Origin: Thermoplasmata archaeon
Lineage (GTDB): Archaea; Thermoplasmatota; E2; JACPAO01; JAHFTW01
DNA: 64,000 bases
Direction of reading: 5' to 3'
Assembly: GCA_034667725.1 (NCBI GenBank)
Contig: JAXDQS010000003.1
Location: 320,001-384,000, forward strand
Positions 1 through 8,373 of the stretch are shown one piece after another. The notes below the pieces were generated by a model, which worked only from the letters and a program-made list of their open reading frames with translations, had not been told where the DNA came from and searched no databases. The stretch's first letter is position 1, and every line of letters starts with the position of its first letter. Both the position numbers and the translations under genes were made by a program.

Positions 1-43
1 GGACCATGCGCTGCTCGTCCGAGAGGGTGAACTCGACGGCCAC
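1..43 (-). CDS. Probable acyl-CoA dehydrogenase, N-terminal 14 codons only (runs off window)
   Basis: Minus strand GTG at 43 reads (M)AVEFTLSDEQRMV, the typical 'F.LS.EQ.M' ACAD N-terminus; TTATGA element about 28 nt upstream. Confidence 0.6.
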   Translation of the reverse strand, partial: MAVEFTLSDEQRMV

Positions 44-73
44 GGCGCGGCGACCGCGCCTTTGCTCATAACG

Positions 74-253
74 CTAGGCGGCGGTCGCGACCAGCCGCTC
101 GTCCCGGCTGTTGCGGGACGCGATGCCGCCCTTGTCGTGGACGCGGTGGGCCAGCTCGCTCAAGACGGCGGCGCTGACGGCGGTGACCGCGATGGGGACG
201 AGGACATACTTGACCGCCAGCTTGGCGGAGAACCAGACGAGGCGCCCGAGCAT
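74..253 (-). CDS. Small (59 aa) membrane-anchored hypothetical protein
   Basis: Not in ORF track; MLGRLVWFSAKLAVKYVLVPIAVTAVSAAVLSELAHRVHDKGG..., GC3-rich codons, TTAAATA box about 31 nt upstream. Confidence 0.7.
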   Translation of the reverse strand: MLGRLVWFSAKLAVKYVLVPIAVTAVSAAVLSELAHRVHDKGGIASRNSRDERLVATAA

Positions 254-280
254 AGCCTTGGATGTTCCCCTTCGCGGTAT

Positions 281-1474
281 TTAATCCCGCCCGGCAAAGG
301 CTAGGCTTGGGGCGCAGGCCGGTCCCAGGACGCTGGTGCCGGGCACGCCGTGCAGCGCCGACGCCGTGCCGGCCACCCCCGGCGCGCCCGGCACGCCGGC
401 CGGCGCCCCGGCCCCGCCGGGCCCGCCGTCGCCGCCGAGGGCCGCGGCCTCGGCTCGGCCTTGGCCGCCGGGCCGGCCGCACAGGGCGTTGCCGCCGTCG
501 CCGGCCTTGGCGTTGGCGGTGCCGCCGTTGCCGCCGAGGCCGCCGTCGCCGCCCTTGCAGGCGCCGAACCAATGGTCGCCGCCGGCGCCGCCCGCCCCGC
601 CCCGGCCGCCTGCCGCCCCGGCGCGGGCGTCGCCGCCGCGGCCGCCGGCGCTGAAGCCGGCGCCCCCTGCGCCTCCGGTGGCGGTGGCGTCGCCGCCGTT
701 GCCGCCGTGCCCGCCGTTGCCGCCGGCGGTGCAGGTCCACCAGCCGCCGGCGCCGTCGCGGCCGGCCTCGCCGGCCTCGCCGCCGACCTCGGCGCAGGCG
801 TCGCCGCCGTCGCCGCCGCGCCCGAGCGCCTGGGCGTCGCCGGGCTCGCCGTCGGGCTGGCCGCAGGCGGCCTCGGTCCCCGTGGCGTCAGCGAGGGTGA
901 GGTCGGGCGCCAGGGTCCAGCCGCCCGCGAGGGCCGGGTCGAAGGCGCCGCCGGGCCCGCCCGCGCCTCCGGTCGCGCGGGGGCCGGTGGCGTCGCCGCC
1001 GTCGCCGCCCCGCCCGAGCGCGAGGGTGGCGCCGATCCACGCCTCGCCGGCGTGGACCGCGAGCGAGCCGCCGCGGCCGCCGGCGCCGCCTTGGCCTGCG
1101 GCGTCGCCGCCGGCGCCGCCGCTGCCGGTGACCAGGAGGGCGCCCACCTCGGCCCGGACCTGGTGGGCCGCGAGGACGATGCCGCCGCCGTCGGCGCCGG
1201 CTTCGCCGGGCGCGCCGCGGCGGCCGTCCGCGGCCTGCAGCAGGGCGCCGGCGCCGAGGGTGATGGCGTCGGCTTGCAGGACGAGGTCGCCGGGGGTGAG
1301 CTTCAGGAGGCTGCCTTCGACCTGGATGGTGGCGGCGACGACGGGGCCGTCCACGACGACGATGGCGCCGGCGGGGACGACGAACGCGGCGGCGGGGCCG
1401 TCGCCTTCGGCGGCGGGCAGGGCGGGGACCAGCAGCACCAGGGCTGCGAGGGCTTGGATGGCAGGGTGGGCCAT
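281..1474 (-). CDS. Secreted glycine-rich (GGxGGx, PGRS-like) protein
   Basis: Signal-peptide-like MAHPAIQALAALVLLVPALPA followed by many GGAGG/GGDGG/GGNGG repeats with interspersed Cys. Confidence 0.75.
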   Translation of the reverse strand: MAHPAIQALAALVLLVPALPAAEGDGPAAAFVVPAGAIVVVDGPVVAATIQVEGSLLKLTPGDLVLQADAITLGAGALLQAADGRRGAPGEAGADGGGIVLAAHQVRAEVGALLVTGSGGAGGDAAGQGGAGGRGGSLAVHAGEAWIGATLALGRGGDGGDATGPRATGGAGGPGGAFDPALAGGWTLAPDLTLADATGTEAACGQPDGEPGDAQALGRGGDGGDACAEVGGEAGEAGRDGAGGWWTCTAGGNGGHGGNGGDATATGGAGGAGFSAGGRGGDARAGAAGGRGGAGGAGGDHWFGACKGGDGGLGGNGGTANAKAGDGGNALCGRPGGQGRAEAAALGGDGGPGGAGAPAGVPGAPGVAGTASALHGVPGTSVLGPACAPSLAFAGRD

Positions 1475-1632
1475 GCGCCTTGGAGGGCGGGTCCCAGGAG
1501 AGTCGCAAACGCTCGGGCCCCGCCCCGTCCTATGCAAAAGCCCTTCAACCCGCACCAGGTCGGAATGTCCAGATTCGTACATCGGGTGCTTTCTTGGTCC
1601 GCTGGAACCCTTTCAAGCGCAAGTCCGCCCCC

Positions 1633-2457
1633 GTGGCGTCCGGGTGTCCGTTCGGCTTCGGGTCCGCCGCCGTCACCGCATTGGCGGCGCCCGCCGTCAC
1701 GCCGACCCCCGACTCCCCCGGCCACAGCGCCGCCGGCATGGTCCCCAACACCCCGCGCGGCAACCCTCAGCCGCTGCCCGGCCCGGCCAACGTCTCCGAC
1801 TACGAGAAGTACATGCGCGTGCCGGAGCTGCTGACGCTCCAGAAGCCCGAGGCCGCCCTCGTCCACCACGACGAGCTGATGTTCCAGGTCGTCCACCAGA
1901 GCTTCGAATTGTGGTGCAAGCTGGTGCTGTTCGAGCTGCGCACCGTCGGCAAGCTGCTGGACGAGGACCGCGTCGTCGAGGCCTACCCGCTGATCGAGCG
2001 CTGCACCGACGTCGTCAAGCTCCAGACCGACGCCATCCACGTCCTCGAGCGCATGCACCCGATGGACTTCCACGTCATCCGCGCCGCCCTCGGCCAAGGC
2101 TCCGGCGCCGAGTCCCCCGGCTTCCGCGACATCCAGCTCCACGCCCCCAGGCTCTGGCCCAAGGTCGAGGCGCTGCTGAAGCGCCGCGGCGCCAGCCTGC
2201 TGGAGATCTACGCCGAGCCCCGCAGCCACCCCGACCTCTTGCGGCTGCTGGAGCACCTCACCGACCTGGACATGTTCTTCCACATCTGGCGGCTGAACCA
2301 CCTCGCCATGGTCAAGCGCGTCATCGGCCGCGACGTCAAGTCCCTCAAGGGCTACGCCGTCCACCAGTTGGAAGTCGACGTCCAGATGGTGCTGTGGCCC
2401 GCCCTGTGGAAGGTGCGCAACCAGATCACGGAACGGGCAGGGACGAGCCCGCCTTGA
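1633..2457 (+). CDS. kynA: Tryptophan 2,3-dioxygenase
   Basis: Y..Y...ELL.LQ, HDELMFQVVHQSFELW, F..IR..LG.GSG.ESPGF and H...V.R.IG motifs; start GTG 1633 (gives GCPF N-terminus) or ATG 1738. Confidence 0.93.
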   Translation: MASGCPFGFGSAAVTALAAPAVTPTPDSPGHSAAGMVPNTPRGNPQPLPGPANVSDYEKYMRVPELLTLQKPEAALVHHDELMFQVVHQSFELWCKLVLFELRTVGKLLDEDRVVEAYPLIERCTDVVKLQTDAIHVLERMHPMDFHVIRAALGQGSGAESPGFRDIQLHAPRLWPKVEALLKRRGASLLEIYAEPRSHPDLLRLLEHLTDLDMFFHIWRLNHLAMVKRVIGRDVKSLKGYAVHQLEVDVQMVLWPALWKVRNQITERAGTSPP

Positions 2458-2525
2458 CCGGCTTCTTCCGCTTGTCCAGCCACGAAATTGGCAACATCTA
2501 AGTGCGAACCTTCGTGGGACGCCTG

Positions 2526-3539
2526 ATGCTGCGACCCTTGGCCTGGCTTGCGCCCGCCTTGCTCTTGGCGGGGTGTATCGGCGGCAACGGACCCGACGAG
2601 GTGGTCGGGCGCGAGCAGACGTTCGTCGTCCACGTCCTTGGGCCCGACGAACCTGTCCCTGGCGAGGTCCGGCTGAACCTCTTCTGGCAGGTGGGCGACG
2701 CGCTGTATCACATCGGGGGGCACGCCCACGACGGTGAAGCCGTCTTCCACGTTCCCCGGGAGGTCGTCGAGGTCCGTCTGCGGGCGGGCGGCGACGGATG
2801 GGCCAACGACATGGTGGGCGTGAAGGCGGCCGCCGCCGACGGGCAGGCCACCGTGCAAATCTACCCGGCGAAGGTGGAGGGGCGCGTCGAGGGCGTGTGG
2901 CAGACGCCGAACCCGCCAGCGAGCCCTCTGCCAATGCCCTTGGGCGTGGCCTTGACGCCTTGGCGGATGCACGACGTCACGCCCGGGGCCACCGAGGAAA
3001 CGCGCGCGGGGTTCCAGAGCCGACTCGTGCGCGCCAACGCGACGCTCGCTTGGTCGAACGGCCCCGGGGCGCAGGCGGATTTCGGGGCCGGCCTGCTGCG
3101 CCGCGACGCCGCCGACGAGTGCGCGTTCGCAGACAACGAAAACCAGTTCGGCGTGGACGGCGCCGCCCAGGAGTCGTTGGAGGCCAAGAGCACGTTCGGC
3201 TATGATCCGTGCAAGGCCTACCTCTCCTCCGGCGACCCCGACGGCCTGCCCTTGAAGGGCATCCTGGCCGGGCCCATGGCGCGCGGCGCCGTCGTCGGGC
3301 CGGTCGGCTACGCCGTGGACTATCGGCTGGAGTTTGGCGACCCCGTTGTTGGGGACGCTTTCGAGTTTGACGACGGATGCCCCGTGTGCCACTACGACAC
3401 GTTCTACGAGGTCGACCCCGAGACGGGCGACGCCTACCGGATGTCGTGGCCCCTGGGCGCCGCCGCCTCGCCCGCGCTGGCTGCGATGGCCGTCCTTCTG
3501 CTGGCCGCCATTCCCCTGCGCCGCCGCAAGGCGCCCTAG
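2526..3539 (+). CDS. Lipobox-containing surface protein with C-terminal TM anchor and basic tail
   Basis: MLRPLAWLAPALLLAGC lipobox; C-terminus SPALAAMAVLLLAAIPLRRRKAP. Confidence 0.75.
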   Translation: MLRPLAWLAPALLLAGCIGGNGPDEVVGREQTFVVHVLGPDEPVPGEVRLNLFWQVGDALYHIGGHAHDGEAVFHVPREVVEVRLRAGGDGWANDMVGVKAAAADGQATVQIYPAKVEGRVEGVWQTPNPPASPLPMPLGVALTPWRMHDVTPGATEETRAGFQSRLVRANATLAWSNGPGAQADFGAGLLRRDAADECAFADNENQFGVDGAAQESLEAKSTFGYDPCKAYLSSGDPDGLPLKGILAGPMARGAVVGPVGYAVDYRLEFGDPVVGDAFEFDDGCPVCHYDTFYEVDPETGDAYRMSWPLGAAASPALAAMAVLLLAAIPLRRRKAP

Positions 3540-3583
3540 GGCATGCGAAGCCTTCAGATACGCGCCTCCATGGGACGCTGCCC

Positions 3584-4822
3584 TTGCTGTTCGACGTGTT
3601 CTTCAGCATCTCGCAGACGCCGGTCGACGGCCGCACGCCGTCGGAGCCCGAGATGCTCCGGAGCTTCTTCGATCAAGTCGAGGCCGCCGACCGGCTCGGC
3701 TACGGGGTGGCGTGGATCGCGGAGTCGCACCTCTCCACCCACGTCCAGAAGCGCAACCCCAACCCCGTCGTCCCCCACTGGCAGGGCGAGGTGGGCCTCA
3801 ACGCGGACATCCTGCAGATGGCGCACGCCGTGTTCGCGCGCACCCGGCGCATCGAGGTCGGCAGCGCGGTGCTGAACCTGCTGTGCAACGGCGGCCCCGT
3901 CGCGCACGCCGAGCGCATCGCCACCTGGGCCAGCCTGCACGGCCTCGACCCCAGCGAACGCCGCCGGCTCCACGTCGGCTTCAGCGCCGGCCGCTTCGAC
4001 TACCAGAACCGCGCCTACGGCGTCGTCCCCCGCACGCCGCTGGAGAAGGCGATGCCGTTCGGCCTGTGGAAGGGCAAGGTGTTCGAGGAGGCCGCCGAAG
4101 TGTTCGCCCGCGTCCTGCTGGGCGGCGTCGTGGCCGGCGCCGACGTCGCGGAGCGCACGGTCGCGCGCGCCGACTGCCGCACCGACGCCGACTGGGACCG
4201 CATCGCCGCCGCCGCGAGCGCCGAAGGCCGGCTCGACGGCGACCGCGTGCGGCTGCCGAAGTGGTTCACCTTCGAGCCGCTCCAGGTGATTCCGAAGGAG
4301 TGGCGGCGCGGCCTGGTGCAGCTCGTCGTCGGCAGCCACGACCCCGTCGTGCACGCCCTCGTCAACCGGTTCCTGCCGGCGCACATCGCCAACCTGAGCA
4401 TCACGCCGCCCGCCGTCATCGAGGCGACCCACGACCGGATGCGGCGCGAGTTCCATCCGGACGGCGGCCCGTGGAAGCGCTCCTACATGCCGCGCACCGT
4501 CATGGTGTTCCTCAACGAGGAGGCCGGCCTCACGCCGGCGGCGCGGACCGAGGCGGCCAAGGCCGAGGCGAAGAAGGCGCTCACCGCCTACTGGAACGCG
4601 CTGGAGGGCACGCTCGACCCCAAGAAGGTGAACGAGGCGGCGGACAACGCTGTCATCGGCAACGCCGCGGAGGTCGCGTCCCAACTGGCGGCGCGCTACC
4701 ACCCGGAGGACCGCCTCATGCTCTGGTTCGACTTCTTCAACCACGACTCGGCGCGCGTGATCCGGAACATGGAGGCGTTCATGCAGAAGGTCGCGCCGAG
4801 GCTGCAGGAGGTCGCCGCATGA
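3584..4822 (+). CDS. Luciferase-like (LLM) flavin-dependent monooxygenase
   Basis: AADRLGYGVAWIAESH, RTRRIEVGSAV, GFSAGR and VIGNAAEVA LLM motifs; TTG start 31 nt after TTCAGA box; stop overlaps next start (ATGA). Confidence 0.88.
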   Translation: MLFDVFFSISQTPVDGRTPSEPEMLRSFFDQVEAADRLGYGVAWIAESHLSTHVQKRNPNPVVPHWQGEVGLNADILQMAHAVFARTRRIEVGSAVLNLLCNGGPVAHAERIATWASLHGLDPSERRRLHVGFSAGRFDYQNRAYGVVPRTPLEKAMPFGLWKGKVFEEAAEVFARVLLGGVVAGADVAERTVARADCRTDADWDRIAAAASAEGRLDGDRVRLPKWFTFEPLQVIPKEWRRGLVQLVVGSHDPVVHALVNRFLPAHIANLSITPPAVIEATHDRMRREFHPDGGPWKRSYMPRTVMVFLNEEAGLTPAARTEAAKAEAKKALTAYWNALEGTLDPKKVNEAADNAVIGNAAEVASQLAARYHPEDRLMLWFDFFNHDSARVIRNMEAFMQKVAPRLQEVAA

Positions 4823-5949
4823 AGCATCACCTGGAGTCCGGCCCCGGCTCCGAGATGTACCCCACCTCGCCGCTCGGGGAGCAGGCCAAAGGCATCCCGA
4901 CCGGCCGCGACGTCGAGTGGGAGCCGCTGGTGGACTACCGCCGCCACGGCATCAGCGAGACCACCATCCACGGCGCCGTCGCGTGGGCCAGCGGCAAGAA
5001 GATCATCCACTCCTTCGGCGGCAACGTGCTGTGCTACGGCCGCTCGATGATGAAGCCGTTCGCGATGAAGGTGTTCGCCGAGGAGCTCGCGGGCCTGTCG
5101 TGGGAGCAGAAGGCGATCGCGTGCAGCAGCCACAACGGCGACGTCGAGCACGTGGCGGCCGCCCAGAGCATCCTGCAACCGACCGAGTGGGGCCTGATGC
5201 AGGCGCCGCTCGACGTGCCCCTCGTGCAGTTCGGCCGCCAGGTGCGCCGCCCCCGCCGCTGGTACCACACCTGCTCCGGCGAGCACGCCGCCATCCTGCG
5301 GGGCTGCAAGGCGAAGGGCTGGCCGCGCATCGGCTACCTGCTGCCGCAGCATCCCTGGTTCTCGGCCTACCTGGGCCAGATGCAGCGCTTCCTCGGCAAC
5401 GACTGGCAGCCGCTGCGGGTCGCCCGCGACGGCTGCGGCCTGCCCACCGCCAGCAACACGGTCGCCGAGCTTGCCCTGCTGTACGCGAGCCTGGCCCAGC
5501 GCAAGGACGAGGACTGGATCTGGGAGGCGATGGTGCGCAACCCGGACCTGGTGGGCGGCTTCAACCGGCTCGACTCGACCATCCTGAAGGCGTGCGGCGG
5601 CAAGGTCCTGGCCAAGGAGGGCGCCGACGGCCTGCTGGGCCTCGCCATCGAGCACCCGGACTACCCGGACGGCCTCGGCGTCGTCATCAAGATCGCCCAC
5701 GGCTGGAACCCGCGGGCCACCTGGTACGTCGCGCGGGCCATCCTCGGCGTCCTCGGCTTCGAGCTCAGGAACCCCTACAAGCTGCACCGCCAGAAGGCGT
5801 TCCTGGTCCCCGGCATCGTGCCCCCGAAATACGCCAAGGCGCTGGAGGAGATCCCCACGTGGGACACTTGGGACCCCAACGACGACCGCTGGTACTACGA
5901 CTGGGAGAAGTGGAGCGAGGAGTGGCCGGCGCCGGGGTGGTCGCCGTGA
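4819..5949 (+). CDS. Class 3 (Rhizobium etli-type, Asparaginase_II) asparaginase homologue, divergent
   Basis: RSMMKP, SHNG, TCSGEH (canonical NCSGKH), DGCGLP and AKEGADG motifs in the correct order. Confidence 0.85.
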   Translation: MKHHLESGPGSEMYPTSPLGEQAKGIPTGRDVEWEPLVDYRRHGISETTIHGAVAWASGKKIIHSFGGNVLCYGRSMMKPFAMKVFAEELAGLSWEQKAIACSSHNGDVEHVAAAQSILQPTEWGLMQAPLDVPLVQFGRQVRRPRRWYHTCSGEHAAILRGCKAKGWPRIGYLLPQHPWFSAYLGQMQRFLGNDWQPLRVARDGCGLPTASNTVAELALLYASLAQRKDEDWIWEAMVRNPDLVGGFNRLDSTILKACGGKVLAKEGADGLLGLAIEHPDYPDGLGVVIKIAHGWNPRATWYVARAILGVLGFELRNPYKLHRQKAFLVPGIVPPKYAKALEEIPTWDTWDPNDDRWYYDWEKWSEEWPAPGWSP

Positions 5950-6317
5950 AGGAGCCCCGCGCCGCCGCGCTGGCGCTCGCCGTGGCCGCCGTGCTGGCGT
6001 TCTGGGTCCCCCTGCTGCTTGCCGTCGACGGCCGGTCCTGGGCCCTCTGGCTCACGTCGTTCACGCACGTCCCGGCCTGGATCGCCTTGGCCTTGGCCTG
6101 GCCCGCCGACCGCGTCGTCGTCCTGGGGCAATGGCGCAGCATCGCGCTCCTGCTCGCCCTTGCCGCCATCGCCGGCCACGCCTGGTTCTCGCTGCTGGTG
6201 TCCCTCAACAGCGGCCTCCCCTTGGCAGCGATTCTGGCCCTTTTGGTGCCCGCGATCGTGCTGGCGGCCCGCTGGCATCTCGCCTCGCCCCAGGCGGAAA
6301 CCCCCATGAACCCCTAG
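5946..6317 (+). CDS. Small 4-TM membrane protein
   Basis: GTGA overlap with upstream stop; four hydrophobic segments. Confidence 0.65.
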   Translation: MKEPRAAALALAVAAVLAFWVPLLLAVDGRSWALWLTSFTHVPAWIALALAWPADRVVVLGQWRSIALLLALAAIAGHAWFSLLVSLNSGLPLAAILALLVPAIVLAARWHLASPQAETPMNP

Positions 6318-6457
6318 GCCTCGTGGCCTCCTTGGTGACCGACGGCTTCGGCTGGCTGGAGAAGGACCGCGCGGTCCATCAGCGCGACCTCGGGCGGGCC
6401 TACGGGCACTTGCGCCGCGAGGGCGAACGGGAGCGCGAGGCCGAGGCCGCCGCGTGC

Positions 6458-7894
6458 ATGGTGCGCAAGACGCCAAACTGGATCGGCGGCAAGCCCGCGT
6501 TCTCGCAGGGCGGCTTCATCAAGGACCTCGACCCGGCCACGGGTGCGATCATCGCGACCATCCCGCGCAGCCAGAAGGACGACGTGGACGCCGCCGTCGC
6601 CGCCGCCACGGCCGCGTTTCCCGCGTGGGCTGCCACCCCGCTCGCGGAACGCTGCCGCATCCTCGACCGCATCGCGGACATCCTGGAGGCCGACCTCGAC
6701 ACCATCGCGCGCCTGGAGTCGCTGGACACGGGGAAGCCCATCACGCTGGCCCGGCGCATGGACGCCGACCGCTCGGTGCGCAACTTCCGCTTCTTCGCCC
6801 AGTTCGCGCGCGACTGGCGCGACGCCGACCACCCGATGGAAGGGCACGGCAACCGCACCCACCGCAAGCCGCTCGGCGTCGTCGCCCTCGTCACGCCGTG
6901 GAACCTGCCGCTCTACCTGCTGTCCTGGAAAGTGGCCCCCGCGCTCGCGATGGGCAACACCATCGTCGCCAAGCCGAGCGAACTGACCCCGCTCACCGCC
7001 GACCACCTCGCCCGCGTCGCGAAGGAGGCAGGCCTCCCCGACGGCGTCCTCAACATCGTCCACGGCTACGGCCCCGAGGCCGGGCAGGCCCTCGTCGAGC
7101 ATCCCGATGTCAAGGCCGTGAGCTTCACGGGCGGCACCGCCACCGGCCGCAAGGTCGCAGCCAGCGCCGCCGCGACCCTCAAGAAAGTCAGCCTGGAGCT
7201 CGGCGGCAAGAACCCGACCCTCGTGTTCGCCGACTGCGACCTCGACGCCACCGTCGAAGGGGTCGTCCGCAGCGCCTTCACCAACGCCGGCCAGATCTGC
7301 CTGTGCGGCAGCCGCGTCCTCGTCGAGCAGTCGATCGAGCCCGCGTTCCGCGCCCGCCTGGTCGAGCGGGTGCGGGCCCTGCGCGTCGGCGACCCCATGG
7401 ACCCCGCCACCGACGTCGGCGCCCTCATCTCGCAGGAGCACCGTGCCAAGGTCGAGGGCTACCTCGCCCTCGCCCGCGACGAGGGCGGCCAGGTCCTGGT
7501 CGGCGGCAAGCGCCCCGACGACCCCCGGCTCGCCAAGGGCGCCTTCCTGGAGCCGACCGTGATCGCGGGACTGCCCCAGTCGTCGCGCTGCGTGCAGGAG
7601 GAAATCTTCGGCCCCGTCGTCACCCTGCAGCCGTTCGCGACCCAGGCCGAGGCCGTCGCGCTGGCCAACGACGTGCCGTACGGGCTCGCCGCCACCGTCT
7701 GGACCCAGGACGCCGCCAAGGCCGACCGCGTCGCCGAGGCCCTGGACTCCGGGATGGTATGGGTCAACTGCTGGCTGGTGCGCGACCTCCGGGTCCCGTT
7801 CGGCGGCATGAAGCAGAGCGGCGTCGGCCGCGAGGGCGGGCACTGGTCGCTGGAGTTCTTCAGCGAGGCCCGCAACATCTGCGTCAAGGCCTAA
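6458..7894 (+). CDS. 2-aminomuconate 6-semialdehyde dehydrogenase (ALDH8A1/AmnC/NbaE-like)
   Basis: PWNLPLYLLSWKVAPAL, SFTGGTATG, SLELGGKNP, catalytic GQICLCGSR, EEIFGPV, WVNCWLVRDLRVPFGGMKQSGVGREGG. Confidence 0.9.
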   Translation: MVRKTPNWIGGKPAFSQGGFIKDLDPATGAIIATIPRSQKDDVDAAVAAATAAFPAWAATPLAERCRILDRIADILEADLDTIARLESLDTGKPITLARRMDADRSVRNFRFFAQFARDWRDADHPMEGHGNRTHRKPLGVVALVTPWNLPLYLLSWKVAPALAMGNTIVAKPSELTPLTADHLARVAKEAGLPDGVLNIVHGYGPEAGQALVEHPDVKAVSFTGGTATGRKVAASAAATLKKVSLELGGKNPTLVFADCDLDATVEGVVRSAFTNAGQICLCGSRVLVEQSIEPAFRARLVERVRALRVGDPMDPATDVGALISQEHRAKVEGYLALARDEGGQVLVGGKRPDDPRLAKGAFLEPTVIAGLPQSSRCVQEEIFGPVVTLQPFATQAEAVALANDVPYGLAATVWTQDAAKADRVAEALDSGMVWVNCWLVRDLRVPFGGMKQSGVGREGGHWSLEFFSEARNICVKA

Positions 7895-7918
7895 AGAGCG
7901 GACCCGGTCGGCGCCGCC

Positions 7919-8335
7919 GTGGAGTCCCCGTACCTGCTGGTCAGCCCCGCCCTCGCCGGCTACGTCGCCGGCTTCGTCCTCATGGCGCCCGCCCTCCAGG
8001 CCGCAAGCCGGGCCAGCCCCGTCGGCAAGGGCCGCGCCTTCATCTTCGCCATCCTGCCGCTGGCGGGCCTGCTGTTCGCGTTCGTCGCGGCGTTCCTGGC
8101 CTCCGGCAACGGCGCCGACATCCCCACGCCGCTCATGCTGCTGGGCGCCGCGGCCGCCGTGCAGTGCATCCTGCAAGGGTTCCTGGTGCGCGCCCGCCTT
8201 GGCACGCTCGACCCCGCCGACCCGCAGGACCCGGCCTTCGGGAAGCTCCTTGCCATGGTTGTCGCTTGCGAGGTGCTGACCATCCTCGCGTTCATCAACG
8301 CCTTCCTGGCGATGGGCCGGGCGACGGCGGGCTAG
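7919..8335 (+). CDS. Orphan V/A-type ATPase subunit K (double-hairpin proteolipid)-like membrane protein
   Basis: GRAFIFAILPLAGLLFAFVAAFL ... ILQG ... FGKLLAMVVACEVLTILAFINAFL mirrors NtpK helices 2-4, including helix-3 Gln and helix-4 Glu. Confidence 0.6.
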   Translation: MESPYLLVSPALAGYVAGFVLMAPALQAASRASPVGKGRAFIFAILPLAGLLFAFVAAFLASGNGADIPTPLMLLGAAAAVQCILQGFLVRARLGTLDPADPQDPAFGKLLAMVVACEVLTILAFINAFLAMGRATAG

Positions 8336-8373
8336 CACCACCTTCAAGGACCGGGAGCCCTGCTGGCGGCGCC

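Noticed and set aside
336-2501. Long Pro/Arg/Ala-rich ORFs such as 336-2501, 19237-21813, 36229-39246 and 50770-53124
   Set aside because: Shadow frames of high-GC genes; real genes with recognisable motifs occupy other frames or only the distal part of these ORFs.
6318-6457. In-frame N-terminal extension of the ALDH, or a gene remnant
   Set aside because: ALDH homology begins at Met 6458 (NWIGG); the upstream codons match nothing I recognise, so left unannotated.
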